This document shows positions 19,586 through 29,553 of a stretch of DNA of 64,000 bases, piece after piece (within the stretch, counting starts at the first letter, position 1; each line of letters opens with the position of its first letter). This DNA comes from Sedimentisphaerales bacterium (GTDB lineage: Bacteria; Planctomycetota; Phycisphaerae; Sedimentisphaerales; Anaerobacaceae). Location of the stretch: the NCBI GenBank assembly GCA_040772485.1, contig JAXGYC010000007.1, positions 544,001 to 608,000 of the forward strand. The letters run 5' to 3'. The position numbers were made by a program, and so were the translations under genes. The notes below the pieces were generated by a model, which did not search any database, was not told the origin of the DNA, and worked only from the letters and a program-made list of their open reading frames with translations.

Positions 19586-20322
19586 GGGACCTCCGCGTTG
19601 TCTGTCTGATTCTCGCGCCGCTTCGGAATCGCATCGTCGTCATCCACGATGCGTCCATCAAACAAATGGATGGTGCGCTGGGCGTAGCCGGCGTATCGCG
19701 GGTCGTGGGTGACCATGCAGATCGTTGTGCCCTCGCGGTGCAGTTCGGCGAGCATCTCCATCACCGCCCGGCCGCTGTTCGAATCGAGGTTCCCGGTCGG
19801 CTCGTCGGCCAGGAGGATCGCAGGGCGGCCGACGACGGCGCGGGCGGCCGCCACCCGCTGCTGCTGACCGCCGGACAGTTGGGCCGGATAGTGTTTGGCC
19901 CGATGCGACATCCCCACGCGATCCAGCGTCTCCTGCACCCACTGCCGGCGCTGGGCTGACGGGACGCGACGGTACAGCAGCGGCAGCTCCACGTTCTGGT
20001 AGACGGTCAGATCGCCGATCAGATTGAAGCTCTGGAAGATGAAGCCGACCCGGCGATTGCGGGTGCGGGCCCGCTCGGAAGGCGTCAGGCTCGCCACGGG
20101 CCGGCCGTCGAGCCAGTAGTCGCCTTCGCTGGGCGTATCGAGCAGGCCCAGAATGGCCATCAGGGTCGACTTGCCGCAGCCGGACGGTCCGGAAATCGCC
20201 ACATATTCGCCCCGCGCGATCGACAGGTGAATCCCGGCCAGTGCATGGGTCTCCACTTCGTCTGTCACAAAGACCCGGTGGAGATTCTCCGCTCGTATCA
20301 AGGCGTCTTTCGCTCCGCTCAC
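19582..20322 (-). CDS. ABC transporter ATP-binding protein (LolD/MacB-type)
   Basis: Walker A GPSGCGKST, signature LSGGQQQR, Walker B ILLADEPTGNLD, H-loop VTHD. Confidence 0.97.
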   Translation of the reverse strand: MSGAKDALIRAENLHRVFVTDEVETHALAGIHLSIARGEYVAISGPSGCGKSTLMAILGLLDTPSEGDYWLDGRPVASLTPSERARTRNRRVGFIFQSFNLIGDLTVYQNVELPLLYRRVPSAQRRQWVQETLDRVGMSHRAKHYPAQLSGGQQQRVAAARAVVGRPAILLADEPTGNLDSNSGRAVMEMLAELHREGTTICMVTHDPRYAGYAQRTIHLFDGRIVDDDDAIPKRRENQTDNAEVP

Positions 20323-20443
20323 ATCCGCATCCCACCTTCACAACCCAAGGCCCCGCCCCGCCGGCCAGGCCGAAAACCCTTTTCTGCGCACGTTATGACG
20401 GTTGGGCCGGTCCGATGTTACCCTCCGATACAGATTTATTCGC

Positions 20444-20472
20444 TTGCATTCGCCGGAATACCCGCCCATAAT
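20444..20472 (+). promoter_or_regulatory. Putative sigma70 promoter
   Basis: TTGCAT-N17-CATAAT in the divergent intergenic region upstream of the plus-strand block. Confidence 0.5.
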
Positions 20473-20641
20473 GGCGGTATTGAAGCGGGCTCGCCGCCCC
20501 GGATCCAGGCAAGCAGGTAATGCTGTTGCCCTTGTAGTCGGCGACGAGAAGCCGCGATGACGGGCAAAAAACGACGCATGAGCCGATGGCCAGGAGAACG
20601 CGTAGTTCAGGACCCGCGATGGGAAGAATGAGGGGTCAATC

Positions 20642-21094
20642 ATGAAAACAATCCGTACCCGGACCGGCATCATCGTGATTGTCTCGTTCGCGATCATCGC
20701 CTTCAGCCTCTCGTACCTGTTGTCGACGTTGCCCGGCCGGAGCGAATGGGAACGATTCCGGGCCGAGCATCCCGAGAAGGCGATCCAGGCCAATCTCAGG
20801 CAAGTGGTCATGGCGGGCGGCGCCTACCTCAGGAGTCATCGCGTCCCCGAGGTGACGTACGAAGACCTTCTCCGCGACGGCGAGTTTCTCTCACGCCCCG
20901 TTGACCCGGTGCTGGGTGAGGACTACCGCACGATTCGCCTGTCGTTGAGAGACACCAAAGTCGCGGTCGTGACGAAGGACGGCCGGACGATCACGTACGA
21001 GTTCGGGACCCTCAGCGTGGGGGGAATCGATCCGGGGCCGCTCGTTCCGCCCTCGATGCGGGGCGACGCGATGCAAGGCAACGGTGACTCGTGA
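20642..21094 (+). CDS. Membrane-anchored hypothetical protein
   Basis: GAGGGG RBS, N-terminal TM helix, stop overlaps the tag start (GTGA). Confidence 0.75.
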   Translation: MKTIRTRTGIIVIVSFAIIAFSLSYLLSTLPGRSEWERFRAEHPEKAIQANLRQVVMAGGAYLRSHRVPEVTYEDLLRDGEFLSRPVDPVLGEDYRTIRLSLRDTKVAVVTKDGRTITYEFGTLSVGGIDPGPLVPPSMRGDAMQGNGDS

Positions 21095-21672
21095 ACCGCT
21101 GCGGATGGTGCGCCGCCGACCCCGTCTACCAGGCCTATCATGACAGCGAATGGGGCGTCCCGACGCACGACGACCGCAGGCTTTTCGAGATGCTGGTTCT
21201 GGAAGGCGCCCAAGCGGGACTGAACTGGCTGACGATCCTGAAGAAACGGGAGGGTTACCGCCGGGCCTTCGACAACTTCGATGTCGAGAAGGTCGCTCGC
21301 TACGGCCTGAAACAGGTTCACCACCTGCTGAACGATTCCGGAATCGTCAGGAATCGCCTCAAAGTCGAATCGGCCGTGCGCAACGCCCGCGCGTTCCTGG
21401 ACGTGCAGTCCGAATTCGGCTCCTTCGACGCATTCGTCTGGCGATTCGTCGATTCGACGCCGAGACAGAACGCCTGGACGTCCCTGTCCCAAATCCCTGC
21501 CTGCACAGAGGAATCGGACGCCATGAGCAAGGAACTGAAGAAGCGCGGGTTCAATTTCATCGGTTCGACGATCTGCTACGCCTTCATGCAGTCCGTGGGG
21601 ATGGTAAACGATCACGTCACCGATTGCTTTCGATACAAACAGGTGGCACAGCTCGCTCGGCCGACTCCTTGA
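21091..21672 (+). CDS. tag: DNA-3-methyladenine glycosylase I
   Basis: RCGW...YHD.EWG, LEGAQAGL.W..ILKKRE, GMVNDH...C zinc ligands. Confidence 0.97.
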   Translation: MNRCGWCAADPVYQAYHDSEWGVPTHDDRRLFEMLVLEGAQAGLNWLTILKKREGYRRAFDNFDVEKVARYGLKQVHHLLNDSGIVRNRLKVESAVRNARAFLDVQSEFGSFDAFVWRFVDSTPRQNAWTSLSQIPACTEESDAMSKELKKRGFNFIGSTICYAFMQSVGMVNDHVTDCFRYKQVAQLARPTP

Positions 21673-21698
21673 CGGCAGCGGGAGGACTCGATCTGCCC

Positions 21699-22073
21699 AT
21701 GATCCAGGTGCGATCCATCGGCGATGTGGCCCGGCGACTGCAAGACAACTGGCCCGGTTATCTGGCGACGTATTGGGCTTTCCTGCTTCTGCTGGCGGTG
21801 GCGGCGGCGGCAGACATGCTCTCGACCGTCTTCTTCATGGCGATCGACGGTCCCCAGGCCGAAAGTCACCCGGTTATCCGGCTGCTCTCTCTCGCCCTGG
21901 GTCCCATGCTCGGCCCGGTTGTCGGCAAGCTCGCCCAATTCGCCGCGGTCATCCTGCTGACGGTCTTCCTGCGCCGCTGGGCGATCTACATCTTCGTCGC
22001 CGTCATCATCCTGTACGCCTGGGCGGCTGTCTACAACGTCGTTGCCACCCCCGTCTTGCTGGGCGCCTTCTGA
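21699..22073 (+). CDS. Small membrane protein, DUF5658-like
   Basis: GGAGG RBS, three hydrophobic helices, D..ST......G...E.HP pattern. Confidence 0.65.
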   Translation: MIQVRSIGDVARRLQDNWPGYLATYWAFLLLLAVAAAADMLSTVFFMAIDGPQAESHPVIRLLSLALGPMLGPVVGKLAQFAAVILLTVFLRRWAIYIFVAVIILYAWAAVYNVVATPVLLGAF

Positions 22074-22261
22074 CGCGAGTGGCAGCCTTCCACACGTCTG
22101 AAAGAGGCCTTGCACGAAGACCCGTACTGGCGTCCCCGCCCCCGCAGACTTGCGGCACTTTTTTCTTGCCTTTGCCGCCCATTCCGGCCATGATAGAGTC
22201 CGGATCAAGCGACTCCAACGATTGTGATGTGGTTATCCTTGGAAAAGGGAGGGATACTCGC

Positions 22262-23092
22262 ATGACGTGTAACTATGGGGTACAGCGAGCAAAGAGGGGC
22301 TTCACGCTGATCGAGCTTCTCGTCGTGATTTCCATCATTGCCGTGCTGCTGAGCATTCTGATGCCCGCGCTGGGCATCGTCCGCGAGCAGGGCCGCCGGA
22401 TGGTCTGCGCCCAGAACGAGAAGAACATGGGGCTGGGCCTGTTCGTCTACGCCAACGACAACGACGGCAAGCTGCCCATGAATGAGGTCGACCGCTGGCT
22501 GTTCGACGTCTCGTACTGGACCACGGACATCATCCTCAAGACGGGCGCCTTCGACCGGCACATCTTCTACTGCCCATCCTGGAAGCAGCGGGACAGCATC
22601 CTCTTCTGGCGGTACGGCGAAAACTTCCCACTCGGGACGCCCGAGAGCGCTCTGACGCCGGAACCCACCGCCGAAGCGACTCGAAAAGACTACCACCGCA
22701 TCATGGGCTACTACTGGCTCATCGACACGAAGGCTGGGCGAGCCAACCAGCCGATGGACCCGGACGGTCTGACGAAGCGGTGGGTCCGGACGACAACGTC
22801 GACAAAGATAAAAGGCTCAGACAAACCAATACCGCCGGCCACGATGGAGCTGATCACCGACGTGACCGCCAGCGACGGGCCCAACCGAGAGACTGCCGAC
22901 TTCACCAGGGCCTCGGGAGGCTGCTGGTCACGCTGGCAGGTGTACGACAGAACCAATCACCTCAAGAACAGCACCAAGCCCTCCGGCGGCAATATCCTCT
23001 TCCTCGACGGCCACGTCGACTGGCGTAAGTTCCAGGAGATGGAGCATCGCTGGTTTTACGAACTCTATGCGAACCCCTGCATGTGGTGGTGA
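22262..23092 (+). CDS. Prepilin-type N-terminal cleavage/methylation protein with H-X9-DG-type C-terminal motif (DUF1559-like)
   Basis: RGFTLIELLVVISIIAVLLSILMPAL, C..N...MGL...Y..D, FYCPS, NH...GGNILFLDGHV. Confidence 0.92.
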   Translation: MTCNYGVQRAKRGFTLIELLVVISIIAVLLSILMPALGIVREQGRRMVCAQNEKNMGLGLFVYANDNDGKLPMNEVDRWLFDVSYWTTDIILKTGAFDRHIFYCPSWKQRDSILFWRYGENFPLGTPESALTPEPTAEATRKDYHRIMGYYWLIDTKAGRANQPMDPDGLTKRWVRTTTSTKIKGSDKPIPPATMELITDVTASDGPNRETADFTRASGGCWSRWQVYDRTNHLKNSTKPSGGNILFLDGHVDWRKFQEMEHRWFYELYANPCMWW

Positions 23093-23094
23093 GT

Positions 23095-26000
23095 ATGGCC
23101 CCATCGCATCACCCACGGCGCATCTGGACTGCGATCCTCATCCTGTCACAGGTGTGCTCTCATAGTGCGCTTGCGGCGGACAGTCTGCGAGAAGCATTCC
23201 AGGAGCCGCCGCTGCCGGCTCGACCGTCGGTCTATTGGGCGTGGGTCAACGGCCTGACGAACCAGGACCGCATGACAGTCGAACTGGAGGAGATGAAGGC
23301 CAAGGGCATCGGCGGCGTGTACATCTTCGACATCGGCGCACAGGACCCCAGGCGCATCGTGCCGGCCGGTCCCGCTTTCATGGGTCCCGAATCGCTTGAC
23401 GCCATCGGCCACACGGTGCGCGAAGCGACGCGGCTCGGCATGGAGGTCGGCCTGGTCACGTCGAGCAGTTGGAACTGCGGCGGGCCGTGGGTCCCATCTG
23501 AATACGCCAGCATGGGCCTCTACCACTGCCAGATCACCGTGACAGGCCCGGCACGCCTCGATAGTCCGCTGCCTCTGCCGGCGCTTCCGGCCGCTGCGCC
23601 ACGAGGCCCTGACGGCAAACCGGCGTATGTCAAGGACGTGGCGGCGCTGGCGATCCCGTCACCCAAGCGGTCGGCGGGACACGAATTTGTCTTCGAACTC
23701 GCTCCGCCAGGAACGCATACCGTCGACCGCGTAGTCCTGTACAACACACCCAGCGGCGACGAGAAGCGCTATGGTCCGATGCACCTGTTCGCCAAGGACT
23801 TTGCGGTCGGCGTCTCGACCGAAAGCACGGAGCCGAACGGCTTCCGCCAGATCGTGCGGGCGGCGCTCGAGCCCATTACGGAAGCTCAGACGTTCCGCTT
23901 CGAGCCGACCCAGGCCCGCTACGTGAAGCTCGTCGTCCTGTCGGGTCACAATCGCAAATTCGACCGCGTGCAACTGGGCGAGTTCGAGGTCTACTCGACC
24001 GACGGCGTCAACGTCGCCAACGCCTATCACCCCGACGGCAGCAAGACCGCCGCCAGTCTGCTGCACAGCAGTTCCGCCCTGGGCAGCGAGACGGAGCAGA
24101 ACTGGACCACCGCCAATATCCACGACGGCGCCAAGTCGGGCGCGGCCGGAAGCTGGTCGTCCGCCGGTCCGCCGCCGCTGGTGATCGAGGACCCGGAAGA
24201 CATCGTCGACGTGACGAACCGTATCGATGCGAATGGCCGCCTCGATTGGGACATCCCCGAAGGCGAATGGATCATCCTGCGTTTCGTCTGTGCCAATACG
24301 GGCCTGCCGCTGAGATTGCCAAGCCCCAATTCCGGCGGCCTGGCCATCGACCATTTCAGCGCCAAGGCGACGAGGTTCCATTTTCAGTACCTGCTCGACA
24401 CGCTGCATGAGGAGTTGGGCGACTTCAGGGACACGGCCCTCAAACAGATGTACGTATGCAGCTACGAGCTGAGCGGCTCGACGTGGACTCCCGATTTCCT
24501 GTCTCAGTTCGCCAAGCGTCGCGGCTACGACATGACGCGGTATCTGCCCGTCCTGGCGGGCTGCGCCCTGAAGGACCACGAGGCCGCAAAACGATTCGAG
24601 TATGACTACCGCAAGACGCTGGGCGATCTGCTGGTCGACGCGTTTTACAGGGCCGCTACAGAACTATCAAACGAGCATGGTCTGCTGCTGTGCGCTGAAG
24701 CGGGCGGACCGGGACCGCCCCTGCACCAGGTGCCCGTCGACGCACTGAAGGCGCTCGGGGCGCTTGACATCCCGCGAGGCGAGTTCTGGAAGGAGCACAA
24801 CGTCTGGGTCGTGAAGGAGACCGCCTGCGCCGCGCACATCTATGGCAAGAGTCAGGTCGACATGGAGGCGTTCACGAGCTGGCGGCACTGGCAGGATGGC
24901 CCCTTCGAGCTCAAGCCCATCGCCGACCGTGCCTTCTGCGATGGTGCGAACCATTTCACGTTCCACACCGCCGCACACAACCCGTCGGCGACCGACCGGC
25001 CTGGCTGGGTCTATCACGCCGGCACGCACATCAGCCCGAGCATCGCGTGGTGGCCCAAGGCCAAGCCCTGGATCGATTATCTGGCGAGATGCAGCTTCCT
25101 GCTCCAGCAGGGTCTGTTCGTCGCCGACGTGTGTTACTACTACGGCGACCAGGGCTATAACTTCGTGCCTCCCAAGCAAATCGATCCGTCCCTGGGTTTC
25201 GGCTACGACTACGACGTGACCAACGCCGAGGTCATCCTCACCCGGATGGCTGTCAAGGATGGCTGCCTCACATTGCCCGACGGAATGAGTTACGAATTGC
25301 TCGTCCTGCCCGAGCGCGACGACATCGACCTGGACGTCCTAAAGAAGATCGAGCAGATGGTCAAAGACGGCGCCACCGCCGTCGGGCCCAAACCCACCCG
25401 CTCCAACGGCCTGGCCGACCACATTCGGCGCGACGAGGAGGTACGGCAGATCGCCAACCGCCTCTGGGGCCCCTGCGATGGCGACACCATCAAAGAACGC
25501 CGCTGCGGCCAAGGCAGAATCATCTGGGGCAAGACCCTGCGTGAGATCCTTGAACAACGCGGGATCGGCCCGGATTTCACAGCGTATTCTCCGCGCAGCG
25601 ACATCCAGTATCCGCTGGATTACATTCACCGCCGCACGCCGGAGGCGGAGATCTACTTCGTCAGCAACAAGACCGACCGTTGGGAGAACGTGACGTGCGC
25701 GTTCCGCGTGTCAGGTCGAGTCCCACAACTGTGGATGCCCGACACCGGCCGGCTCCGAGCGTGCCGGTTAGAGCGCGATGGCGCCAGCGGCACGCGTGTA
25801 TCTTTGCGATTGGCCCCCTATGGCAGCGTGTTCATCGTGTTCCGCGAGACCCCCGAGACTCTGCCAATGGTGGAGGAACCGCCTCTGTCCGAAACCGGAC
25901 GCGAAATCGCTGGCCCGTGGGAAGTCCGCTTTACGCCGGGATGGGGTGCGCCACCGTCAAAGACCTTCCCCAAGCTCGTCTTTTGGACGGACGTCGACGA

Positions 26001-26418
26001 TGAAGGCGTGAAGTACTTCTCGGGAATCGCGTCCTATCACAACACGTTCGACGTCAACGCCGGCCAGATCGCGCCGGGCAAGCGGATCGTTCTCGATCTC
26101 GGCCAAGTGCGATTTATCGCCGAGGTCTACGTCAACGGGCAAAGTCAAGGCATTCTCTGGAAGCCCCCCTTCCAGGTCGATATCACAGGTGCCGTCAAGG
26201 CAGGCACGAACCGGCTCGTCGTCGAGGTCGCCAACACGTGGTCGAACCGACTCGTCGGTGACGCCCGATCGCCCGACAGCCCGAAGTTCTGCCGCACCAA
26301 TATCGACAGGTCCCTGACCTGGCAAGTCCCCTGGAAGGACACCCCCCTGCTTCCCTCCGGCCTCCTGGGCCCGGTCCGGCTGATCACGACCAGCGCGGCG
26401 TCTGCAACATCTCCGTGA
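23095..26418 (+). CDS. Secreted glycoside hydrolase, GH106 (alpha-L-rhamnosidase-like), with inserted F5/8-like domain
   Basis: F..PP..ARP..YW.W.NG, GEFW, AAHIYGK, EAFTS, LDLG.V...AEV.VNG, LPSGLLGPVRL. Confidence 0.88.
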   Translation: MAPSHHPRRIWTAILILSQVCSHSALAADSLREAFQEPPLPARPSVYWAWVNGLTNQDRMTVELEEMKAKGIGGVYIFDIGAQDPRRIVPAGPAFMGPESLDAIGHTVREATRLGMEVGLVTSSSWNCGGPWVPSEYASMGLYHCQITVTGPARLDSPLPLPALPAAAPRGPDGKPAYVKDVAALAIPSPKRSAGHEFVFELAPPGTHTVDRVVLYNTPSGDEKRYGPMHLFAKDFAVGVSTESTEPNGFRQIVRAALEPITEAQTFRFEPTQARYVKLVVLSGHNRKFDRVQLGEFEVYSTDGVNVANAYHPDGSKTAASLLHSSSALGSETEQNWTTANIHDGAKSGAAGSWSSAGPPPLVIEDPEDIVDVTNRIDANGRLDWDIPEGEWIILRFVCANTGLPLRLPSPNSGGLAIDHFSAKATRFHFQYLLDTLHEELGDFRDTALKQMYVCSYELSGSTWTPDFLSQFAKRRGYDMTRYLPVLAGCALKDHEAAKRFEYDYRKTLGDLLVDAFYRAATELSNEHGLLLCAEAGGPGPPLHQVPVDALKALGALDIPRGEFWKEHNVWVVKETACAAHIYGKSQVDMEAFTSWRHWQDGPFELKPIADRAFCDGANHFTFHTAAHNPSATDRPGWVYHAGTHISPSIAWWPKAKPWIDYLARCSFLLQQGLFVADVCYYYGDQGYNFVPPKQIDPSLGFGYDYDVTNAEVILTRMAVKDGCLTLPDGMSYELLVLPERDDIDLDVLKKIEQMVKDGATAVGPKPTRSNGLADHIRRDEEVRQIANRLWGPCDGDTIKERRCGQGRIIWGKTLREILEQRGIGPDFTAYSPRSDIQYPLDYIHRRTPEAEIYFVSNKTDRWENVTCAFRVSGRVPQLWMPDTGRLRACRLERDGASGTRVSLRLAPYGSVFIVFRETPETLPMVEEPPLSETGREIAGPWEVRFTPGWGAPPSKTFPKLVFWTDVDDEGVKYFSGIASYHNTFDVNAGQIAPGKRIVLDLGQVRFIAEVYVNGQSQGILWKPPFQVDITGAVKAGTNRLVVEVANTWSNRLVGDARSPDSPKFCRTNIDRSLTWQVPWKDTPLLPSGLLGPVRLITTSAASATSP

Positions 26419-26506
26419 CCGCCGGTTTTCACTTGCCCTTTTGGATGGGACAAAACAGAATGATCTCATAATATGGATTAGGAAAAGTCCTCGCGCCGAA
26501 GTGACT

Positions 26507-26598
26507 TTGTCATCCTGAGCCTCGCGAAGGATCTGGTTATGGCATGAGACGTTCTTCTCATTCGCCGCCCAGATCCTTCACTTCGTTCAGGACGACAA
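26507..26598. repeat. Palindromic miniature element (GTCATCCTGAGC..GAAGGATCT / AGATCCTTC..TCAGGACGAC)
   Basis: About 30-bp imperfect terminal inverted repeats, each arm with an internal mini-hairpin. Confidence 0.75.
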
Positions 26599-26689
26599 GG
26601 CGGGGCGCACGGATGAATCCCAATCGGTATAATGCGATGGGCCAATCCTCATCACAGATGCGCACGTACTAGAAACGAAGGAGAGCATC

Positions 26690-28090
26690 ATGAGACGAAA
26701 GACATCCCCCCTGCGAACAACTGTGACGATCGCGCTGGCAATGGCACTGGCCGGCTCGTTGTTCGTTCAGAGCGCGTATGCCGAGACCCAGGAACAGCGG
26801 GATGCGCGGATGCAGTGGTGGCGTCAGGCGCGATTCGGCATGTTTGTGCACTGGGGCCTGTATTCCGGCTTGGCCGGGACGTGGAACGACAAGCCCGTCG
26901 GCACGCGCGGCGGGATGGAGTGGCTCCAGCAGCGGGTTCGCGCCGACACGTGGGAATACGCCCATCAGGCAGTTCCCAAGTTCCGTCCAGCCGAGGGTTT
27001 CGCCACCGAATGGGCAAAGCTCGCCAAGGAGGCGGGCTGCCGCTACGTCGTCTTCACCAGCAAACACCACGATGGGTTCTGCCTGTTCGACTCGCAGTAC
27101 ACCACCTACGATGCCCGCGATCTGGTCGGCCGGGACCTGTGCAAGGAGATCACTGACGCGATCCGCGCCGAGGGGCTCAAAGTCGGCTACTATCACTCCG
27201 TCATCGACTGGCACCACCCGCAGTACGACTACGACAAGGCCAGCCAGTTGCCGCACCCGCTTCGAGGCCGGCCTTCCCCGAACGGTCCGCGCCATCACGA
27301 CATCTACCTGGATTACCTCCACCACCAGGCGCGCGAGCTGTTCAGCAACTACGGCACGCTCGACATCATCTGGTGGGACTATTCCAAGGAGGGCAACGAG
27401 GGCCCCTTCTGGCGGTCGGACGAGCTGATGGCGATGGCGCGGCAGTTGCAGCCGGCGATCATCTCAAACAACCGCCTCTATCACATCCCGGACATCGAGA
27501 GGGACGACTCTTCGGACCGGCTGCGCAAGTGGAAGCCCGAGCACGGCGACTTCACCACGCCGGAACAGACCATCCCTTCCACCGGCATCCCCGGCGTCGA
27601 TTGGGAAGTCTGCATGACGATGAACACCACCTGGGGCTACTCCGACCACGACGACGCCTGGAAGTCCAACGAGACGCTGATCCGCAACCTCGTCGACATC
27701 GTCTCGAAGGGTGGCAACTATCTGCTCAACATCGGCCCCAAAGGCGACGGCTCGATCCCCCAGCAGAGCATCGACTCGATGCGCGCCATCGGCAAGTGGA
27801 TGGCCGTCAACGGCGAAGCCATCTACGAGACGACCGCCAGCCCCTTCGAGCAGCCTCCCTGGGGCCGGTACACCAAGAAGCCTGGCAGGCTCTACGCCCA
27901 CGTCTTTGACTGGCCCGCCGATGGCAAGCTGATCGTCCCGCTCCAGGGACAACGTGTAACGAAGGCATATTTGCTGGCGGACGCCGGCCGCGCATCGCTC
28001 AAGACCCAGACGACCTCCGACGGTGTGACGATCCAGGTCCCGAGCCAGGCGCCGGACGCTATCGCCAGCGTAATGGCCATCGAGTACTAA
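26690..28090 (+). CDS. Alpha-L-fucosidase (GH29)
   Basis: ARFGMFVHWGLYS, KHHDGF, DWHHP, nucleophile WWD, WEVCMTMN.TWGY, GNYLLNIGP. Confidence 0.95.
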   Translation: MRRKTSPLRTTVTIALAMALAGSLFVQSAYAETQEQRDARMQWWRQARFGMFVHWGLYSGLAGTWNDKPVGTRGGMEWLQQRVRADTWEYAHQAVPKFRPAEGFATEWAKLAKEAGCRYVVFTSKHHDGFCLFDSQYTTYDARDLVGRDLCKEITDAIRAEGLKVGYYHSVIDWHHPQYDYDKASQLPHPLRGRPSPNGPRHHDIYLDYLHHQARELFSNYGTLDIIWWDYSKEGNEGPFWRSDELMAMARQLQPAIISNNRLYHIPDIERDDSSDRLRKWKPEHGDFTTPEQTIPSTGIPGVDWEVCMTMNTTWGYSDHDDAWKSNETLIRNLVDIVSKGGNYLLNIGPKGDGSIPQQSIDSMRAIGKWMAVNGEAIYETTASPFEQPPWGRYTKKPGRLYAHVFDWPADGKLIVPLQGQRVTKAYLLADAGRASLKTQTTSDGVTIQVPSQAPDAIASVMAIEY

Positions 28091-28093
28091 GCG

Positions 28094-29533
28094 ATGAACA
28101 GAATACAATCGATTCTCTTGATTGCCATTGGTGTCCTATTCGTAGGGGCGAATCATGATTCGCCCTTACACGCAGCGACCGCACAGAATGATCTGGCCTC
28201 GTTCGTCGTGGTCAGTCCGCGCGACAACCGCTATTTCGAACTGTCCAATGGCAGCCCCTACGTCCCCATCGGGTTCAACCTGGTCGGGCCGCCGCGAGAG
28301 GACGAGTTCGACCGCCTCTTCGAGATCATGGCGGCCAACCGCATCAACTACGTGCGCGTCTGGCTGGGACACGATGGCTGGAACGTCGAGCACGCCAAGC
28401 CTCTGCAATTCGATCCGGCCCGCGCCGCGATCATCGACCGATTCCTCGCGCTGGCGAGAAAGCACGGCGTCCGCGTCAAGATGTGCCTGGAGTACTTCCG
28501 CGACATTCGCGCCGAGCGGAGCCGCTGGTCCGACAACCTGATCTATCATCGGGCCAATGGCGGCCTCTACGAGAGCATGCACGAATACCTCTCGTCCGAT
28601 CGGGGCCGCGACCACTTCAAGGCCAAGCTCGACTGGTACGCGGATCGCTATGGCGCCGAGCCGGGGGTTTTCGCGTGGGAACTGTGGAACGAGATGAACG
28701 CGGTGCGCGATTCCGAGTGGCTCGACTGGACCACGGCGATGCTGCCGGAACTGAAACGCCGATTCCCGCGAAACCTGGCGATCCAGAGCCTCGGCAGCTA
28801 CGACCGGGAGCAAGGGCGCGACAGCTATCGCACGCTGTGCCTGCTCGAAGACAACGACGTCGCCCAGGTGCATCGCTACCTCGACGAGGGCGCCGGCTGG
28901 GAGATCTGCCACGGGCCGGTCGACGTGCTGGCGGCTCACGCCGTGCGCGAGCTGATCGCGTTCGAGGCGGGCAAGCCCATCATCCTCACTGAGACCGGCG
29001 CCGTCAAACCGCGTCACACCGGCTGCTCGGAGCTTTACGCCAGGGACCCCGAGGGCACGCTTCTGCACGACATGCTGTTCGCGCCATTCTTCAGCGGCGC
29101 GGCCGGTCCCGGCCACGTGTGGTGGTGGCGGCAGGCCATCGACGAGCCGAACCTGTGGCATCACTTCGCGCGGTTCGCCACAGCCATAGAAGGAATCGAC
29201 CCGCCCGCCGAGGCGTTCGAGCCGGTCACGATCCCGCACGAGCGACTGCGTATCTACGCCCTCGCCGGCCGCAACACGTTTCTCGCCTGGTGCCGCGATA
29301 CGCAGAACGACTGGCGGACCGAGCTGATCGAGGGCCGCAAACCTGAGACGCTGACCGACGTCAGGATCGATCTGTCGAGCGTGAGGATTCCCGCCGGGGC
29401 GAGCGTGCAACTCTACGATCCCTGGACGGACACGCAATCGAACGCGACGCTTCGCGACGGCGCCGTCACCATCCCGTCCCTGCGCCGCTCCACTGTCCTG
29501 CGCATCGGCTCGACGATACCATCCACTCGGTGA
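28094..29533 (+). CDS. Secreted clan GH-A glycoside hydrolase (GH5-like)
   Basis: Signal peptide, acid/base WELWNE, QVHRY, nucleophile KPIILTETG. Confidence 0.8.
   Translation: MNRIQSILLIAIGVLFVGANHDSPLHAATAQNDLASFVVVSPRDNRYFELSNGSPYVPIGFNLVGPPREDEFDRLFEIMAANRINYVRVWLGHDGWNVEHAKPLQFDPARAAIIDRFLALARKHGVRVKMCLEYFRDIRAERSRWSDNLIYHRANGGLYESMHEYLSSDRGRDHFKAKLDWYADRYGAEPGVFAWELWNEMNAVRDSEWLDWTTAMLPELKRRFPRNLAIQSLGSYDREQGRDSYRTLCLLEDNDVAQVHRYLDEGAGWEICHGPVDVLAAHAVRELIAFEAGKPIILTETGAVKPRHTGCSELYARDPEGTLLHDMLFAPFFSGAAGPGHVWWWRQAIDEPNLWHHFARFATAIEGIDPPAEAFEPVTIPHERLRIYALAGRNTFLAWCRDTQNDWRTELIEGRKPETLTDVRIDLSSVRIPAGASVQLYDPWTDTQSNATLRDGAVTIPSLRRSTVLRIGSTIPSTR
28142..28169. repeat. Family A REP inside a CDS
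   Basis: GTAGGGGCGAATCATGATTCGCCCTTAC, translated in frame as VGANHDSPL. Confidence 0.8.
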
Positions 29534-29553
29534 GCACGATGGAGGAGGAAACC

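Noticed and set aside
21773..22261. Long N-terminal ORF extensions (also 35368, 37903, 38025, 43367, 53480)
   Set aside because: They overlap other genes or repeats. RBS and signal or prepilin motifs support the downstream starts.
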